DNA of 64,000 nucleotides from an uncultured Clostridia bacterium. Lineage in GTDB: Bacteria > Bacillota > Clostridia > Christensenellales > Pumilibacteraceae. The stretch spans positions 10,690 through 74,689 of the forward strand of contig CALVYT010000008.1 of the NCBI GenBank assembly GCA_944372345.1, given 5' to 3'. The position numbers were made by a program, and so were the translations under genes. Below are positions 29,120-38,554 of this stretch, piece by piece (the first letter of the stretch is position 1; every line of letters begins with the position of its first letter). The notes beneath the pieces were generated by a model that saw only the letters and a program-made list of their open reading frames with translations, made no database searches and was not told the DNA's origin.

Positions 29120-29767
29120 TCATTCGGTCACGGGAGTCATAGCGGGACGGGACCTGTCGGGATGGAACGAACCGCCGTGCCCGACGTGCACCGTCGTTAT
29201 GCGGTCGTCTGCGAGTATGCGCGCCCAGCTTTCGTCAGCCGCCGCCTTGTCCTCGTAGATCTTCGCGCGGCAGGGCGACAGGAGATCGAACGCCGCGTCC
29301 CCCGCGACAAGTTCACCGTCGCAGAGCACGCCCATCGAACCGAGCGTATGCCCGGGCAGGGCGAGCACCGTTCCTTCCGCGCCGAACGCCGAAAGCTCCA
29401 GCCCCTCGCAAAGCTCCACTTTCGGCTCGAACGGAGTCATCCGTTTTTTAAGCGCGCTCCGCGCCATGCGCAGCAGCAGCCTGCCCGTGAACGTATCCGC
29501 ATACATAGGGCGCGGTTCGCCGCAAATCAGCGGCGCGTCAGCCGAATTCATAGCTATCGGCACGCCGAGCGCGTCGGAGATCTTCGCCGCGCCGCCGGCG
29601 TGGTCTATGTGGCAATGCGTCAGCACTATCAGCCGCACGCCCGCCAGCCGCGCGCGCTCCGTCACTTTGTCCGCGTACTTCTCCTCGCCCGTATCGACGA
29701 GAACGCACGCTCCGCGCCGCCCGACGATATAGCAGTTGACCGTTCCGCAGGCTATACGCTCCGTCAT
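29120..29767 (-). CDS. MBL-fold metallo-hydrolase
   Basis: THCHIDHAGG (HxHxDH), 215 aa, directly after valS. Confidence 0.85.
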   Translation of the reverse strand: MTERIACGTVNCYIVGRRGACVLVDTGEEKYADKVTERARLAGVRLIVLTHCHIDHAGGAAKISDALGVPIAMNSADAPLICGEPRPMYADTFTGRLLLRMARSALKKRMTPFEPKVELCEGLELSAFGAEGTVLALPGHTLGSMGVLCDGELVAGDAAFDLLSPCRAKIYEDKAAADESWARILADDRITTVHVGHGGSFHPDRSRPAMTPVTE

Positions 29768-29768
29768 A

Positions 29769-32405
29769 TCATCTGCCGGCAGCCGCTTTCGTTTCCGCGA
29801 TCTTCGCTTCGAGAGCGGCTATGCGTTCGGCGAACCTGACCGTCTTTTCGCGCTCGCCGTCCACCAGCGCTTTGGGCGCTTTGGCTACGAAATTTTCGTT
29901 CGCGAGTTTGCTTTCCGCGCGGGAAAGTTCCTCTCTGGCGCGCTGCAATTCCCCGCCGAGGCGTTCGAGTTCCTTGTCGTAATCGACGAGCTCGCCCATC
30001 GGGATATATATCTCGCCGAGAGCGGTGACGAGCGTCGTGCAGCCTTCGGGCTTGACGTCCGTTTCGCGGCACGCCGTTCCCGACGCGAGCTTGACGAGGT
30101 ATTCGCCCGCTTTGCCGACCAGCCCTTTCGCCTTGTCCGACGGGCGGACGTATATCTCCGTGCGGACGGAGGGCTTGACGCCGAGTTCCGCACGCAGCGC
30201 GCGTATGCGCCTGATCGCGTCCATCACCGTTTCCATCAGCGCGGCGTCCTTCGGATGGCTGCGCAGCGCTTTCGCGTCGGGATAAGCCGAGATCATCACG
30301 TCCTCCGCGTCGCGCGCGGATTCGGGAAGAGCGTCGTATATCTCCGCAGTGATGAACGGAATGATCGGGTGCGCGAGTTTGAGTATGTCGCGCAGCACGC
30401 GCACGAGCACGGAGAGCGCGCCCTGCTTTTTCTTTTCGTCCGACGAGTACAGCGAAACTTTGGAAAGCTCTATATACCAGTCGCAGAACTCGCCCCATAT
30501 GAAGTCGTAGAGTTTATTCGCTGCAAGCCCGACCTCGTAACGCTCCATATATCTCGTCACTTCGGTTATCGTGCGGTTCAGCCGCGTGATTATCCACTTG
30601 TCGGCAAGAGTGAGCTTCACCTTTTCCACGGGCAGGATCGCGACGTCGCCCGCGTTCATAAGCACGAAACGCGCCGCGTTCCATATCTTATTCATAAAGT
30701 TGCGGAAACTCTCCTGCTTCTTGTCCGAATATTTGATGTCGCCGCCCGCGGAAACGCCGCTGACGAGAGATATGCGCAGCACGTCCGCGCCGGCTTCGTC
30801 GATGATCTCGAGCGGGTCTATGCCGTTGCCCAGCGATTTGGAAAGCTTTCTGCCCTTTTCGTCGCGCACCAGTCCGTGGATGAGCACGTCGGAGAACGGC
30901 TTTTCGCCCATAAATTCCAGCCCCGAATAGATCATTCTCGCGACCCAGAAAGTGATGATGTCGTAAGCCGTCACGAGCACGTCCGTCGGATAGAAATATT
31001 CGAGGTCGGGCGTCTTTTCCGGCCAGCCGAGCGTGGAGAACGGCCAGAGCGCGGAGGAGAACCAGGTGTCGAGCACGTCCTCGTCCTGACGGAGCGGCGC
31101 GCCGCACTTCGGGCATACCGTCATATCCTCGCGGCTGACGAACTCGCCGCCGCACTTATCGCAGTAGAACACGGGTATGCGGTGCCCCCACCACAGCTGA
31201 CGGGATATGCACCAGTCGCGGATGTTCTCCATCCAGTAAAGGTAATTCTTCTCGAAGCGGCGGGGTATGTACCTCACTCCGCGGTTTTTCACTATGTCTA
31301 TCGCAGGACGGGCAAGCTCCTTCATCTTAACGAACCACTGCTTGGAAACGATGGGCTCTATCGCCGAGTTGCAGCGGTGGCAGTGCCCGACGTTATGGAT
31401 ATGCGTTTCCGTCCTGACGAGCAGTCCGAGTTCGGTCAGGTCGCGAACTATCGCTTCCCTCGCCTCGTAACGATCCATTCCCGCATACTTGCCCGCGTTC
31501 TCGTTCATATGCCCCGAGTCGTCCATTATGCGCATTATTTCCAGCCCGTGGCGCAGACCCACTTCAAAGTCGTTGGGATCGTGAGCGGGAGTGATCTTGA
31601 CCGCGCCCGTACCGAACGCCTTATCCACATAGTCGTCGGCTATGACGGGGATCGTCCTGTCCGTCAGCGGAAGAACGAGCGTTTTGCCGACGAGAGAGGC
31701 GTACCGCTTGTCCTTGGGATTCACCGCGACAGCCATATCGCCGAGCATCGTTTCGGGGCGGGTCGTCGCTACGACGATGCCCTCGCCGCCGTCCGCGGAC
31801 GGATAGCGGATATGCCAGAGATGACCCTCTTCCGTTTCGTATTCCACTTCGGCGTCCGAGATCGCCGTGCCGCAGTGCGGGCAGAGATTGACTATGCGCG
31901 CGCCGTGGTATATCCAGCCCTTTTCGTAATAGCGCACGAACGTCTCGCGCACCGCGCGGGAAAGATTGTCGTCCATAGTGAACGCGAGACGGTCCCAGTC
32001 GCAGGACGCGCCCAGCCTGCCGAGCTGTTCGATTATCCTGCCGCCGTATTTGTCCTTCCATTCGAACGCGCGGCGCAGGAATTCCTCCCTGCCCACCTGT
32101 TCCTTGGTCAGACCCTCTTCCGCCATTTTCTCCACGATCTTGACTTCCGTCGCGATGGAAGCGTGGTCGGTGCCCGGCAGCCAGAGCGCCTCGTAACCGC
32201 GCATACGCTTATAGCGTATGACGGAATCCTGCACCGTCATCGTCAGCGCGTGACCGATATGCAGCTGCCCGGTTATGTTGGGCGGCGGCATCATTATCGT
32301 AAACGGCTTTTTGTCCTTATTCACCCGCGCGCGGAAATATCCGCGGCTCTTCCATTTTTCGTAAAGTCCCTTCTCGAACTTCGAGGGATCGAATGTCTTA
32401 TCCAT
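29769..32405 (-). CDS. valS: valine--tRNA ligase
   Basis: 878 aa. PPPNITGQLHIGHAL (HIGH), KLSKSLGN (KMSKS), and a C-terminal coiled coil. Confidence 0.97.
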   Translation of the reverse strand: MDKTFDPSKFEKGLYEKWKSRGYFRARVNKDKKPFTIMMPPPNITGQLHIGHALTMTVQDSVIRYKRMRGYEALWLPGTDHASIATEVKIVEKMAEEGLTKEQVGREEFLRRAFEWKDKYGGRIIEQLGRLGASCDWDRLAFTMDDNLSRAVRETFVRYYEKGWIYHGARIVNLCPHCGTAISDAEVEYETEEGHLWHIRYPSADGGEGIVVATTRPETMLGDMAVAVNPKDKRYASLVGKTLVLPLTDRTIPVIADDYVDKAFGTGAVKITPAHDPNDFEVGLRHGLEIMRIMDDSGHMNENAGKYAGMDRYEAREAIVRDLTELGLLVRTETHIHNVGHCHRCNSAIEPIVSKQWFVKMKELARPAIDIVKNRGVRYIPRRFEKNYLYWMENIRDWCISRQLWWGHRIPVFYCDKCGGEFVSREDMTVCPKCGAPLRQDEDVLDTWFSSALWPFSTLGWPEKTPDLEYFYPTDVLVTAYDIITFWVARMIYSGLEFMGEKPFSDVLIHGLVRDEKGRKLSKSLGNGIDPLEIIDEAGADVLRISLVSGVSAGGDIKYSDKKQESFRNFMNKIWNAARFVLMNAGDVAILPVEKVKLTLADKWIITRLNRTITEVTRYMERYEVGLAANKLYDFIWGEFCDWYIELSKVSLYSSDEKKKQGALSVLVRVLRDILKLAHPIIPFITAEIYDALPESARDAEDVMISAYPDAKALRSHPKDAALMETVMDAIRRIRALRAELGVKPSVRTEIYVRPSDKAKGLVGKAGEYLVKLASGTACRETDVKPEGCTTLVTALGEIYIPMGELVDYDKELERLGGELQRAREELSRAESKLANENFVAKAPKALVDGEREKTVRFAERIAALEAKIAETKAAAGR

Positions 32406-32496
32406 AATAAGTAATTATACCACGGCGCAGCCGCGATTGCAACTGTTTGACGCGCACCGAGCAGCAAAATCCCGCCGCGGCGGCGATTATACGGCA

Positions 32497-32531
32497 AAAG
32501 CGGAGAGCGCGCTTTCCGCACTCTCCGCTTT
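32497..32531 (-). terminator. hairpin after the lipoprotein genes, upstream of valS
   Basis: AAAGCGGAGAG-N13-CTCTCCGCTTT. Confidence 0.5.
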
Positions 32532-32545
32532 ATCCGCCCGCCGCG

Positions 32546-34123
32546 TCATGCGGTCAGACGGTAATACACCGGACTTCCGTCCTTTTCTGAAACCGCGAGC
32601 ACTCCCGTATGCGTGCCGTCCGCTTCCGTCCACCTAAAGCCGGTAAGCGCGAAATCAACGTCGAAGCCGCTCAAAAGCGTCTTTACTCCCGCGCCGCCGC
32701 TCGCCGCGACGAGTTTATATTTTCCGTCGCGCAGAACGGTGAATACGCCGCAGTTCTCGAAGTTCACGTCCGAGACCGTGCCCGCTTTGAACTCCGACAT
32801 AACGCCTTCGCTCGCATCGTAGGTCATATAGCCGTCGTTGCCGTCGCGCTCCGTCCGGATCAGAAGCACGTCGCCGTAAGTGCCGAAGTCCGTCGAAACG
32901 TCGAACCCGTCGGCGTTTATGCTCTCCATCGTGAGCACGTCGTAGACGTATACCTTATCCGTCCCCGCCGTCCTTGTGAAGAAGCGTGCGCTAAACATAT
33001 GCACGTCCGCGGCGACGACCCTGCCGCTTTCGTCGTAAATGCGTTCGATCTCGGGATCATAGAATTTACCGTCCCCGAGATACACGAGCATATCGTCAAT
33101 ATCGTCCGCCACACCGAACGTCTCGGTGAAGTTCGCGCCAACGGAGAGCGAGTTGCTCAGCTCTACTATCGAACTCGGGAGCATACGCCCGTCCTCTATC
33201 GGCGATATCCGGGCTATGTTGTCGCACGAATACATTTTCTCGTAAATGCTCACCTCATATGCGTTGAGGATGTCTGCTACCCAAAAATCGACGTTGCGCT
33301 CTTTGATCTTGCCGCTCGAAATATCGAGGATATACGTTGCGATGTTATGCGCGCCGTTTTGGTCCGCAAAATCGTAATCTGCCGAATACGGAACGTCGAA
33401 AACCATCTGCATAAATAAATCGCCGTTGCCGAGGATCGCGGCGGACGCATTGTCCGCTGCGGAAGCCGGGATCGAACGCGCGGCGTCGATCGTGCGGACG
33501 AGCTCGAACGTATCGCGGTCATAGACCGCTATGACGCCGTCCGAATCGCCGAGCGACACTATATGATCGTCGGTGACGTAGTCCGCGCTTTCGACATGGT
33601 CTATGAGCCCTTCGGTAACGGACGTCACGCTGCCCCTTTCGAGATCGACGTATTTATAACCGCCTTCCGCCATACGGACGCGCGAAATCGCGCCGCTCAC
33701 GACGGAGCTTATGTCGGAAACGCTTTCCGCGTCGCAGACGTATTCGTTTTCGCCGTATACGGACAGCTTGCCGTCGTTTGCCGCGCGGTAGTAAAGCATA
33801 GATCCGGTATCATAATAAGACGTTTCGTCGTATGTCAGCGCGTTTTCGGAGAAATCGGCGATGAGCGCATCCTTTCTGAACGAATACAGAGCATACGTCG
33901 TCTTGCCGTCGGCGGTCTTGGACACGATCGCCGTGCTGCCGTTGACTTCGAGGATATCGCAGCCGCCGAGCACGGACGACTGCCCCGCCGAAACGTAATA
34001 ACCGAACTCGGGTTCGACGACCGCGCCGCCGACGCCGCACGCGGAAAGCGCAAGAGCGACCGTGAGGAGCGCCGCCAACGCCGCGGCGACCGCCGCTGCC
34101 CGGATAATTCTTTTCTTTTTCAT
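32546..34123 (-). CDS. lipoprotein of unknown function (paralog 1)
   Basis: Signal peptide plus lipobox LALSAC, 525 aa. Similar along its length to the upstream gene. Confidence 0.75.
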   Translation of the reverse strand: MKKKRIIRAAAVAAALAALLTVALALSACGVGGAVVEPEFGYYVSAGQSSVLGGCDILEVNGSTAIVSKTADGKTTYALYSFRKDALIADFSENALTYDETSYYDTGSMLYYRAANDGKLSVYGENEYVCDAESVSDISSVVSGAISRVRMAEGGYKYVDLERGSVTSVTEGLIDHVESADYVTDDHIVSLGDSDGVIAVYDRDTFELVRTIDAARSIPASAADNASAAILGNGDLFMQMVFDVPYSADYDFADQNGAHNIATYILDISSGKIKERNVDFWVADILNAYEVSIYEKMYSCDNIARISPIEDGRMLPSSIVELSNSLSVGANFTETFGVADDIDDMLVYLGDGKFYDPEIERIYDESGRVVAADVHMFSARFFTRTAGTDKVYVYDVLTMESINADGFDVSTDFGTYGDVLLIRTERDGNDGYMTYDASEGVMSEFKAGTVSDVNFENCGVFTVLRDGKYKLVAASGGAGVKTLLSGFDVDFALTGFRWTEADGTHTGVLAVSEKDGSPVYYRLTA

Positions 34124-34133
34124 CTCGCCCTCC

Positions 34134-35687
34134 TTAGTCCGCGGTCACGACGTATATCGCGCTTTCCGCGTCCGTCACGGCGGCTATTATCAGCCCGCCT
34201 GATCCGCCTTTGGCGTTTTCAAACGATCCGACTGTATCAAGATCGTCCGCAGACATAAGCTCCGTTATGCCTACGTCTTCGCCGAGTGCGTAAAGCGTCA
34301 GCCCGCCGTTACCGTCCGACGTAACGAACATGCCGTCGCCCAGCAGACCGCCGCTGAAATCCTCCGCTTTGAAGGAATAGACGTCGCCGCCGGACATTAT
34401 GCTGACGTTCTCTTCGCCGTCCGTCCCGACCGCGCACACGACGAGCTTATCGCCGTAGCCGTAAAGCTGACGGGTATATCCGTCGTCAGGCTCGTAGGAG
34501 TACACCTCTTCGAGCTTGCCTGCGTCGTATATCCTCACCGTGCCGTCCGCAAACGTCTTTCGTATATATTCGTTTCCTATCGCGAGCACGTCGCTTGCGA
34601 GCAGCTTCCCGCCGCCGTCGTAAAGATCGCCGTTGAAAATAAATCTGTTATCGCCGAGATAATTTACATTCCTGTGCGATACAGTGCCGCCCGTCAGTTC
34701 GGACAATTCGTATTTGATCCCGAGCGAGTCGGAAAGCATGACGTACTCCTCATCCATCAGCACGCGCGTGTCGTCGTGTATCTTCATCACGGTCGCGATA
34801 TTGTCGCAGTCATACTTGTCGGTAAACGTGCTGCTCGACGCGGAGTTATCCAGACCGCCCACGATGAAGTCGACGTTCTTGTTTTTACGGCTGCCGCTGC
34901 CCGCGCTCACGATCTGCGTGATCAGATCGAATCCCGCGCCTTCGACGTACAGATCCGCGTCCTTCGAGCCCTCGGGGACGCTTACGAGCGCCTGTACGAG
35001 TATGTCGCCGTCGGAAAGCACGCCGACAAAGCCGTCCAAAACATCTGCGGGAAGTCCGCGGAAAGCGTATACGGTGCGGATATATTCGAACGTATCCGCG
35101 TCGTAATACTCGTATTCGCCCGTTCCCGTGCCCTCGACGATCAGGTATTTATCCGTTTCGTAGTCCGCGCGCGAGTCGATATATAAGCCGAGTCCTTCAA
35201 CCGTTTCGTACTCTCCCGTCGACATATCCGCAAAATAGGTCACGCCGCCGACGTCGACGCGGACGTCGTCACGGGATACGCGGGTGATGTCAGGAACGTC
35301 CTTATAAACGCCGATCTGCCCTTTTGACGTATATACCGTGTATTCCGTTTCGCCCGACTTCGCAGCCGTGCGGAGGAACGCGCCGCCGGTGAGCGTTATC
35401 ACGCCTTCGCCGAGCGGAGAAACGAACCTGCGCCCCACAAAATCGTATAAGCCGTATTGCACGGAGCTTCCGCTCTGTTTGGTGACGACATACGTCCCGT
35501 TCGATCCCGTCCCGACGGCGCACCCGTCGAGCTCGGCGATCCTTTCCGCGCGCGTCGGATATACCTCGTCTTCGGGCTCCGCGAAATACCCGCTCGCGCC
35601 GCACCCCGTCAGTACCGCCGCGGAAAAAACCACCGCCGCGCACAGTATCACGGATGCGACGATCGCCGCCGTCTTTTTCTTCTTCAT
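34134..35687 (-). CDS. lipoprotein of unknown function (paralog 2)
   Basis: MKKKKTAAIVASVILCAAVVFSAAVLTGC lipobox. The ATG at 35687 follows AGGAGGAT; the track's N-terminal extension is rejected. Confidence 0.75.
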   Translation of the reverse strand: MKKKKTAAIVASVILCAAVVFSAAVLTGCGASGYFAEPEDEVYPTRAERIAELDGCAVGTGSNGTYVVTKQSGSSVQYGLYDFVGRRFVSPLGEGVITLTGGAFLRTAAKSGETEYTVYTSKGQIGVYKDVPDITRVSRDDVRVDVGGVTYFADMSTGEYETVEGLGLYIDSRADYETDKYLIVEGTGTGEYEYYDADTFEYIRTVYAFRGLPADVLDGFVGVLSDGDILVQALVSVPEGSKDADLYVEGAGFDLITQIVSAGSGSRKNKNVDFIVGGLDNSASSSTFTDKYDCDNIATVMKIHDDTRVLMDEEYVMLSDSLGIKYELSELTGGTVSHRNVNYLGDNRFIFNGDLYDGGGKLLASDVLAIGNEYIRKTFADGTVRIYDAGKLEEVYSYEPDDGYTRQLYGYGDKLVVCAVGTDGEENVSIMSGGDVYSFKAEDFSGGLLGDGMFVTSDGNGGLTLYALGEDVGITELMSADDLDTVGSFENAKGGSGGLIIAAVTDAESAIYVVTAD

Positions 35688-35735
35688 TTTACATCCTCCT
35701 ATGATATGTATTTCCCCCTTATCGGGTACGCTATT

Positions 35736-35764
35736 ATCGTAACACAAAACTGCTGTTCTGTCAA
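35736..35764 (-). promoter_or_regulatory. candidate promoter of the lipoprotein operon
   Basis: Reverse strand: TTGACA (35759-35764), 17 nt, TACGAT (35736-35741). Confidence 0.45.
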
Positions 35765-35801
35765 TACCCTTGGGAAAATTTACTCTTAATTCCGCATAAA
35801 A

Positions 35802-35833
35802 TTCACACGCCGTCACACAACTGTCACGAAAAC
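35802..35833. promoter_or_regulatory. three phased TCAC(A/G) direct repeats (PhoP/OmpR-type box), copy B
   Basis: TTCACACGCCGTCACACAACTGTCACGAAAAC is near-identical to 13271-13303. Confidence 0.45.
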
Positions 35834-35942
35834 CGTGCGAAGCGCGGCGGCGGGCGGGGTTTTCGGGCGCGAGGCGGTCACACGGCGGAGCGCGGCGGCA
35901 TAAAATGCGGTATATGACTTTTTTCAAAAGGAGCGAAAGAGA

Positions 35943-36938
35943 ATGAAAAAGATCGTTTGCGCCGCGTTCGCGGCTATGCTTGTCGCCGCGGCGGCTCTGC
36001 CCGCATTCGCCGGCTGTTCGGACGGCACGCGCGTCAGGCTGTGCGAAGTCACCCACTCGGTGTTCTATGCGCCGCTGTACGTCGCGCTGAACAACGGGTA
36101 CTTCGCCGACCGCGGGCTGGACGTGACTCTCACCAATGCGGGCGGGACGGATAAGGTCACCGCCGCGCTCGTCAGCGGCAGCGCGGACATAGGGCTGATG
36201 GGACCCGAGGGCGTGATCTACGCGAGCGAAATGAACGACGCGCCCGTCGTGTTCGGACAGCTGACCAAGCGCGACGGATCCTTCCTCGTATCCAAGAAGG
36301 ACGAGGCGGATACGTTCGAGTGGAGCGACCTCGAAGGCAAGCAGGTGCTTGCGGGGCGCGTCGGCGGAGTCCCCGCGATGACGATGCAGTATATAATGAA
36401 CGGCTACGGGCTGTACGACGGCGTGAACTGCACGATAAACACCGAAGTGGCGTTCAATATGATGGGCAGCGTGTTCGAGGCGGACGACGACGTGGACTAC
36501 ACGACGCTGTTCGAACCGACCGCTTCCGAATTCGAGGCGACGGGGCGCGGATATATCGTCGCGAGCGTGGGCGCTGAGAGCGGAGAAGTGCCGTATACGG
36601 CGTTCTGCGCAAAGCGCAGCTACCTCTCCGAGCAGCGCGGCACCGCCAAGGCTTTCCTCGAAGCCGTGCGCGAAGGCTATGAGTTTATGCGCGACGCGGA
36701 CTCCGCGGAAGTGGCGAAGGCGCTCGCGCCCTCGTTCGACGGTACGAGCGAAGAGTCCCTCGCCGTCGCGGTGGAAAGCTACCTTAAAATAGACGCGTGG
36801 TGCTCCACCCCCGTGATGACGGAAGAGTCCCTCGCGCGGCTGGCGGATATAATGAAGAACGCGGGAGAGCTGGACGGCGAACCGAAGTTTTCCGACATAG
36901 TAGACAACTCGCTCGCGGAGGAGATAACGAGCAAGTGA
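35943..36938 (+). CDS. ABC substrate-binding lipoprotein, NMT1/THI5 (SsuA/ThiY-like) family
   Basis: Lipobox FAGCS. VTHSVFYAPLYVALNNGYFADRGLDV is typical of NMT1-like binding proteins. Confidence 0.8.
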   Translation: MKKIVCAAFAAMLVAAAALPAFAGCSDGTRVRLCEVTHSVFYAPLYVALNNGYFADRGLDVTLTNAGGTDKVTAALVSGSADIGLMGPEGVIYASEMNDAPVVFGQLTKRDGSFLVSKKDEADTFEWSDLEGKQVLAGRVGGVPAMTMQYIMNGYGLYDGVNCTINTEVAFNMMGSVFEADDDVDYTTLFEPTASEFEATGRGYIVASVGAESGEVPYTAFCAKRSYLSEQRGTAKAFLEAVREGYEFMRDADSAEVAKALAPSFDGTSEESLAVAVESYLKIDAWCSTPVMTEESLARLADIMKNAGELDGEPKFSDIVDNSLAEEITSK

Positions 36939-37696
36939 GCGATCTGCTGACGCTTGACAAAGTCGCGCTGTCCTACCACACGGCGGGCGGAGAGACGGAA
37001 GCGCTGAAAAGCGTTTCCTTCTCCGCCCGGCGCGGCGAATTTCTGTCCATAGTCGGACCGTCGGGCTGCGGCAAAACGACGATACTGTCCGTCGTCGCGG
37101 GGCTGCTCACGCCCACCTCAGGCAGCGTCCTGCTCGACGGCGCGCCCGTCGGTCCGCCCGACGGCAACGTCGGATATATGTTGCAGCGCGACACGCTGTT
37201 CGAGTGGCTCACCGTCTGCGCCAACACTCTGCTCGGACTGCGCGTGCAGAAGAAACTGACGGACGAAAGCCGCGCTTACGCCCGTTCGCTCATAGAAAAA
37301 TACGGGCTCGGCGAATTTGCGGACTCCTATCCGACGCGTCTGTCGGGCGGTATGCGGCAACGCGCCGCGCTCGTCCGCACGCTCGCATTCCGTCCCAAAC
37401 TGCTGCTGCTCGACGAACCGTTCAGCGCGCTCGATTTCCAGACGCGCACGGACGTCGCCGAGGACGTGCGCGGCATAATAGCGCAGGAGGGCGTAACGAC
37501 GCTGCTCGTCACCCACGACGTTCCCGAAGCCGTCTGTATGGGAGACCGTATCGTGCTGCTGTCCCCCCGCCCCGCCGTCGTAAAAGAGATCGTGGACGTC
37601 GGCATACCCGGCACACCGTCCGAACGGCGCGCGTCGCCGCGCTCGGCGCGGCTGGCGGAGGAAATAATGGAGAAACTGCGGCGGGAGGACGGCTGA
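36935..37696 (+). CDS. ABC ATP-binding protein (SsuB/TauB-like)
   Basis: The GTG start overlaps the preceding stop (GTGA). GPSGCGKTT, LSGGMRQR, LLLDEPFSALD. Confidence 0.88.
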   Translation: MSDLLTLDKVALSYHTAGGETEALKSVSFSARRGEFLSIVGPSGCGKTTILSVVAGLLTPTSGSVLLDGAPVGPPDGNVGYMLQRDTLFEWLTVCANTLLGLRVQKKLTDESRAYARSLIEKYGLGEFADSYPTRLSGGMRQRAALVRTLAFRPKLLLLDEPFSALDFQTRTDVAEDVRGIIAQEGVTTLLVTHDVPEAVCMGDRIVLLSPRPAVVKEIVDVGIPGTPSERRASPRSARLAEEIMEKLRREDG

Positions 37697-37714
37697 AACA
37701 AAGCGGAGGCGGTT

Positions 37715-38554
37715 ATGAAACGAAAGACAAACGGCAGCGGAGAACTCACTCCGCACGAAAGATACCTGCTCGGCGTGCGCCGCGGCAAGCTCATAGTCCG
37801 CCTGTGGCAGATACTGCTGTTCATCGCGTTCATCGGGCTGTGGGAACTGCTGACCGCCGTCGGGTGGATAGACCCGTTCTTTACCAGCTCGCCGTCGCGC
37901 ATAATAGCGACGATAGCGGAACTGATGGCGGATGACTTTATGTACCACATAGGCGTGACGCTGCTCGAATGCACGATAGGCTTTACCGTATCGATGGCGC
38001 TCGGCAGCGCGATCGCCGTCTGCCTGTGGCTGTCAGAAGCGGCGCAGAAGATCGCCGAGCCCTACCTCGTCGTGCTCAACGCTCTGCCCAAGATCGCCCT
38101 CGGCCCGCTGCTCATCATATGGGTAGGCTCGGGCGCAAAAGCCATCGTCCTGATGGCGGTGCTGATCTGCATAATCGTAACTGTTATCTCGGTCCTCGAA
38201 GGATTATGCTCCGCCGCCCCGGATAAACTGCTGCTGCTCCGTTCCATGGGCGCGAGCCGCCTGCAGCTTTTGCGCTACGCCGTACTGCCCTCCGCCGTCC
38301 CCGCCTTTCTGTCCGTGCTCAAGATCAACGTCGGGCTCAGCTGGGTGGGTACGGTGATGGGCGAATACCTCGTATCGGGCGCGGGTCTGGGCTATCTCAT
38401 CGTATACGGCGGGCAGGTGTTCAAGACCGACCTCGTCATGGCGGCGACGGTCACGCTGTGCGCGCTCGCCGCGCTTATGTACGGCGCGGTGGCGCTGGCG
38501 GAACGACTTTACACGCGGAGCAAGAACAAACGCCGCGCACCTGACAAGATATAG
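37715..38554 (+). CDS. ABC permease (SsuC/TauC-like, BPD-transport type)
   Basis: 279 aa, 6 TM, with an EAA-like loop LLRSMGASRLQLLRYAVLPSAVP. Confidence 0.85.
   Translation: MKRKTNGSGELTPHERYLLGVRRGKLIVRLWQILLFIAFIGLWELLTAVGWIDPFFTSSPSRIIATIAELMADDFMYHIGVTLLECTIGFTVSMALGSAIAVCLWLSEAAQKIAEPYLVVLNALPKIALGPLLIIWVGSGAKAIVLMAVLICIIVTVISVLEGLCSAAPDKLLLLRSMGASRLQLLRYAVLPSAVPAFLSVLKINVGLSWVGTVMGEYLVSGAGLGYLIVYGGQVFKTDLVMAATVTLCALAALMYGAVALAERLYTRSKNKRRAPDKI

Noticed and set aside
32406-32545. A T-box leader upstream of valS.
   Set aside because: The intergenic region is only about 140 nt and is largely occupied by the terminator of the upstream gene. No specifier loop or T-box (AANNNGGGTGGNACCGCG-like) sequence was seen.
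35688-35942. A TPP (THI-box) riboswitch upstream of the NMT1/ThiY-like binding protein.
   Set aside because: No CTGAGA or ACCTGATCTGGATAATGCCAGCG-like core is present.
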